Positions 62,400 through 64,000 of a DNA stretch of 64,000 bases are shown piece after piece (the stretch's first letter is position 1; each line of letters opens with the position of its first letter). The notes under the pieces were generated by a model. That model searched no databases, was not told where the DNA came from, and worked only from the letters and a program-made list of their open reading frames with translations. The DNA comes from Octopus sinensis (Eukaryota): positions 74,896,001-74,960,000 of the forward strand of contig NC_042997.1 in the NCBI RefSeq assembly GCF_006345805.1, written 5' to 3'. Position numbers and translations under genes: made by a program.

Positions 62400-63880
62400 T
62401 TTTCAGGTGCTGAATAACATCTCTCCTCCCCAAGCCTCACCCCACATTCCCTTCCAAGTTTTCAGAGTTGGCACTGTCATTGTAGGTACACTGAAAGATA
62501 GGTCTAGTGAGATTGTAGAGATGCTTGAAAGGAAACAGGTTGATGTATGCTGCATACAAGAGGTAAGATGGTGAGGGGCTTCAGCTAAGGTCCTCATGGG
62601 CAAGGCACATAGGTATAAAGTCTTCTGGCAAGGTAACATGGATGGAGTAAGGGGTGTAGGCACACTCCTTGTGGAGAAATGGGTGGATAAGGTCATAGAA
62701 GTTGTCAGAGTATGCAATAGAGTGCTTAAGTTCAGGATAGTCCTGCAGAACAGCACAGCCACAGTTATCTCTGCCTACACCCACAAGTGGGGTTACAAAA
62801 TAATCAGAAGGACCATTTTTATGATACACTTCTACAGGCTACCTCAAAGATGAGTGGTTACTTCAAAGACCTCATCTTTGTGGCTGGAGATTTTAATGGG
62901 CATGTTGAACAGAAATCCGGTATCTTCACTGGTGTACACAGGGGCCATGGTATTGGTTCCTGGAACGATAAGGGAACTAGGCTACTTGAGTTCTGTGATT
63001 TAACCTTTTAATCTGTAACACTAACGTCAGGAAGCCAGACAGCCACTTGATAACCTATCAATCAGGGAACTCTACTAGCCAGATTGATTTCATCTTCACT
63101 AGACAGCAGGACACAGGGTTGCTCTTAAATACAAAGACCCTCCAGGTGAGGAATGTACCCCCACCCACCCCAGCATAGACTAGTCATTAGTGACTTTCGA
63201 CTTGAGAATAGAAGGACTCCAAGAAACAGACCAATCAAGAAGAGAAGGACTTGGAAGCTAAAGGACCCTTCACATGGTCAGAGATTTAGGGACATCTTCA
63301 TCAAGAAATTTGATGAGAGGGAGGAGGAACTACAGTCCTCGGACATAGAAGGTAGCTGGAAATTCCTACGGGACAGCTTGCTGAGTGCCACAGACCAAGT
63401 CTGCGGAGGGTGCAAAGTCCCTTCCAGACCTAGAGGTATGTGGTGGTGGAATAGTACGGTAGACAAAGCCATCAGAGCAAAGAAACAGGCCTGGAAAGGC
63501 TGGAAGAGTTGGGGTAGCAGGGAACAGTACCAGATAGCCAAAAGGGAGGCTGAGCGACAGGTATACATAGCTAAGGGCAAAGCAGAAAAGAAGTTTGCCA
63601 ATGTCCAGCAATGTGAGGAGCAAAGAACTAAGGCATTTTGGATTGCAAGACAGTGTGTGAGAGAAAATTATGATGTCACAGGAGAGAAATGTGTCCGCAT
63701 GGATGATGGTGCACTTGCTTTTAATGATTCGGAAAAGAAAGAGGCTTGGAGGAGCCATTATGGAAGACTGCTGAACATGGAGAATGAGTGGGAGGAGAGC
63801 CTGCCAAATGTTGATCCAGTAGAGGAACCAGCTATCCCAATAGACAGCACCCTGTAGATAAAGCAATTAGGGATATGTAA
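62400..63880 (+). mobile_element. 5' part of RTE LINE (AP endonuclease and linker), decayed, 3'-truncated
   Basis: Paralogous to 5900-7360: QEVRW, GDFNGHV, SQIDF, HRLVISDF, EKCVRMDDG. Confidence 0.9.
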
Positions 63881-64000
63881 ATAAAAATATATAAATAATC
63901 ATACAACATTCTGACTACCTTATTATTCTAAATCTCTATATTATAAATCTGAAATGCGAAAAGTTTGTTTGTTTGTCTGGTTTTGGCATTGAGAACAGGT

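Noticed and set aside
63928-64000. Possible Helitron 5' end (atctctatattataaa..tttgtttgtttgtc)
   Set aside because: Cut by the window edge; the diagnostic 3' hairpin and CTAG are not visible.

Overview
This is repeat-saturated eukaryotic DNA; the SINE/LINE types and dense (TA)n/(CA)n tracts suggest an octopus/cephalopod genome (inference). I recognise no host protein-coding gene, tRNA, rRNA or CRISPR array. The window holds RTE-clade LINEs with a PHD-like finger, CR1-like LINEs, tRNA-derived SINEs, a full-length decayed mariner, non-autonomous Helitrons (one exact head-to-tail CTAG|TC tandem), a roughly three-copy macro-tandem repeat, and many Penelope-like elements (PLEs). One PLE (53061-59411, minus) has an uninterrupted RT+GIY-YIG ORF between direct terminal repeats. 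The main unexplained signal is RNA-level: I read about 17 hammerhead-ribozyme motifs by eye, and nearly all have a family-specific palindromic stem III. Two identical copies (4757-4833, 5603-5679) carry the hammerhead parts in a non-circularly permuted order inside an ~846-bp tandem unit. All structures were read by hand; none was folded computationally or tested.
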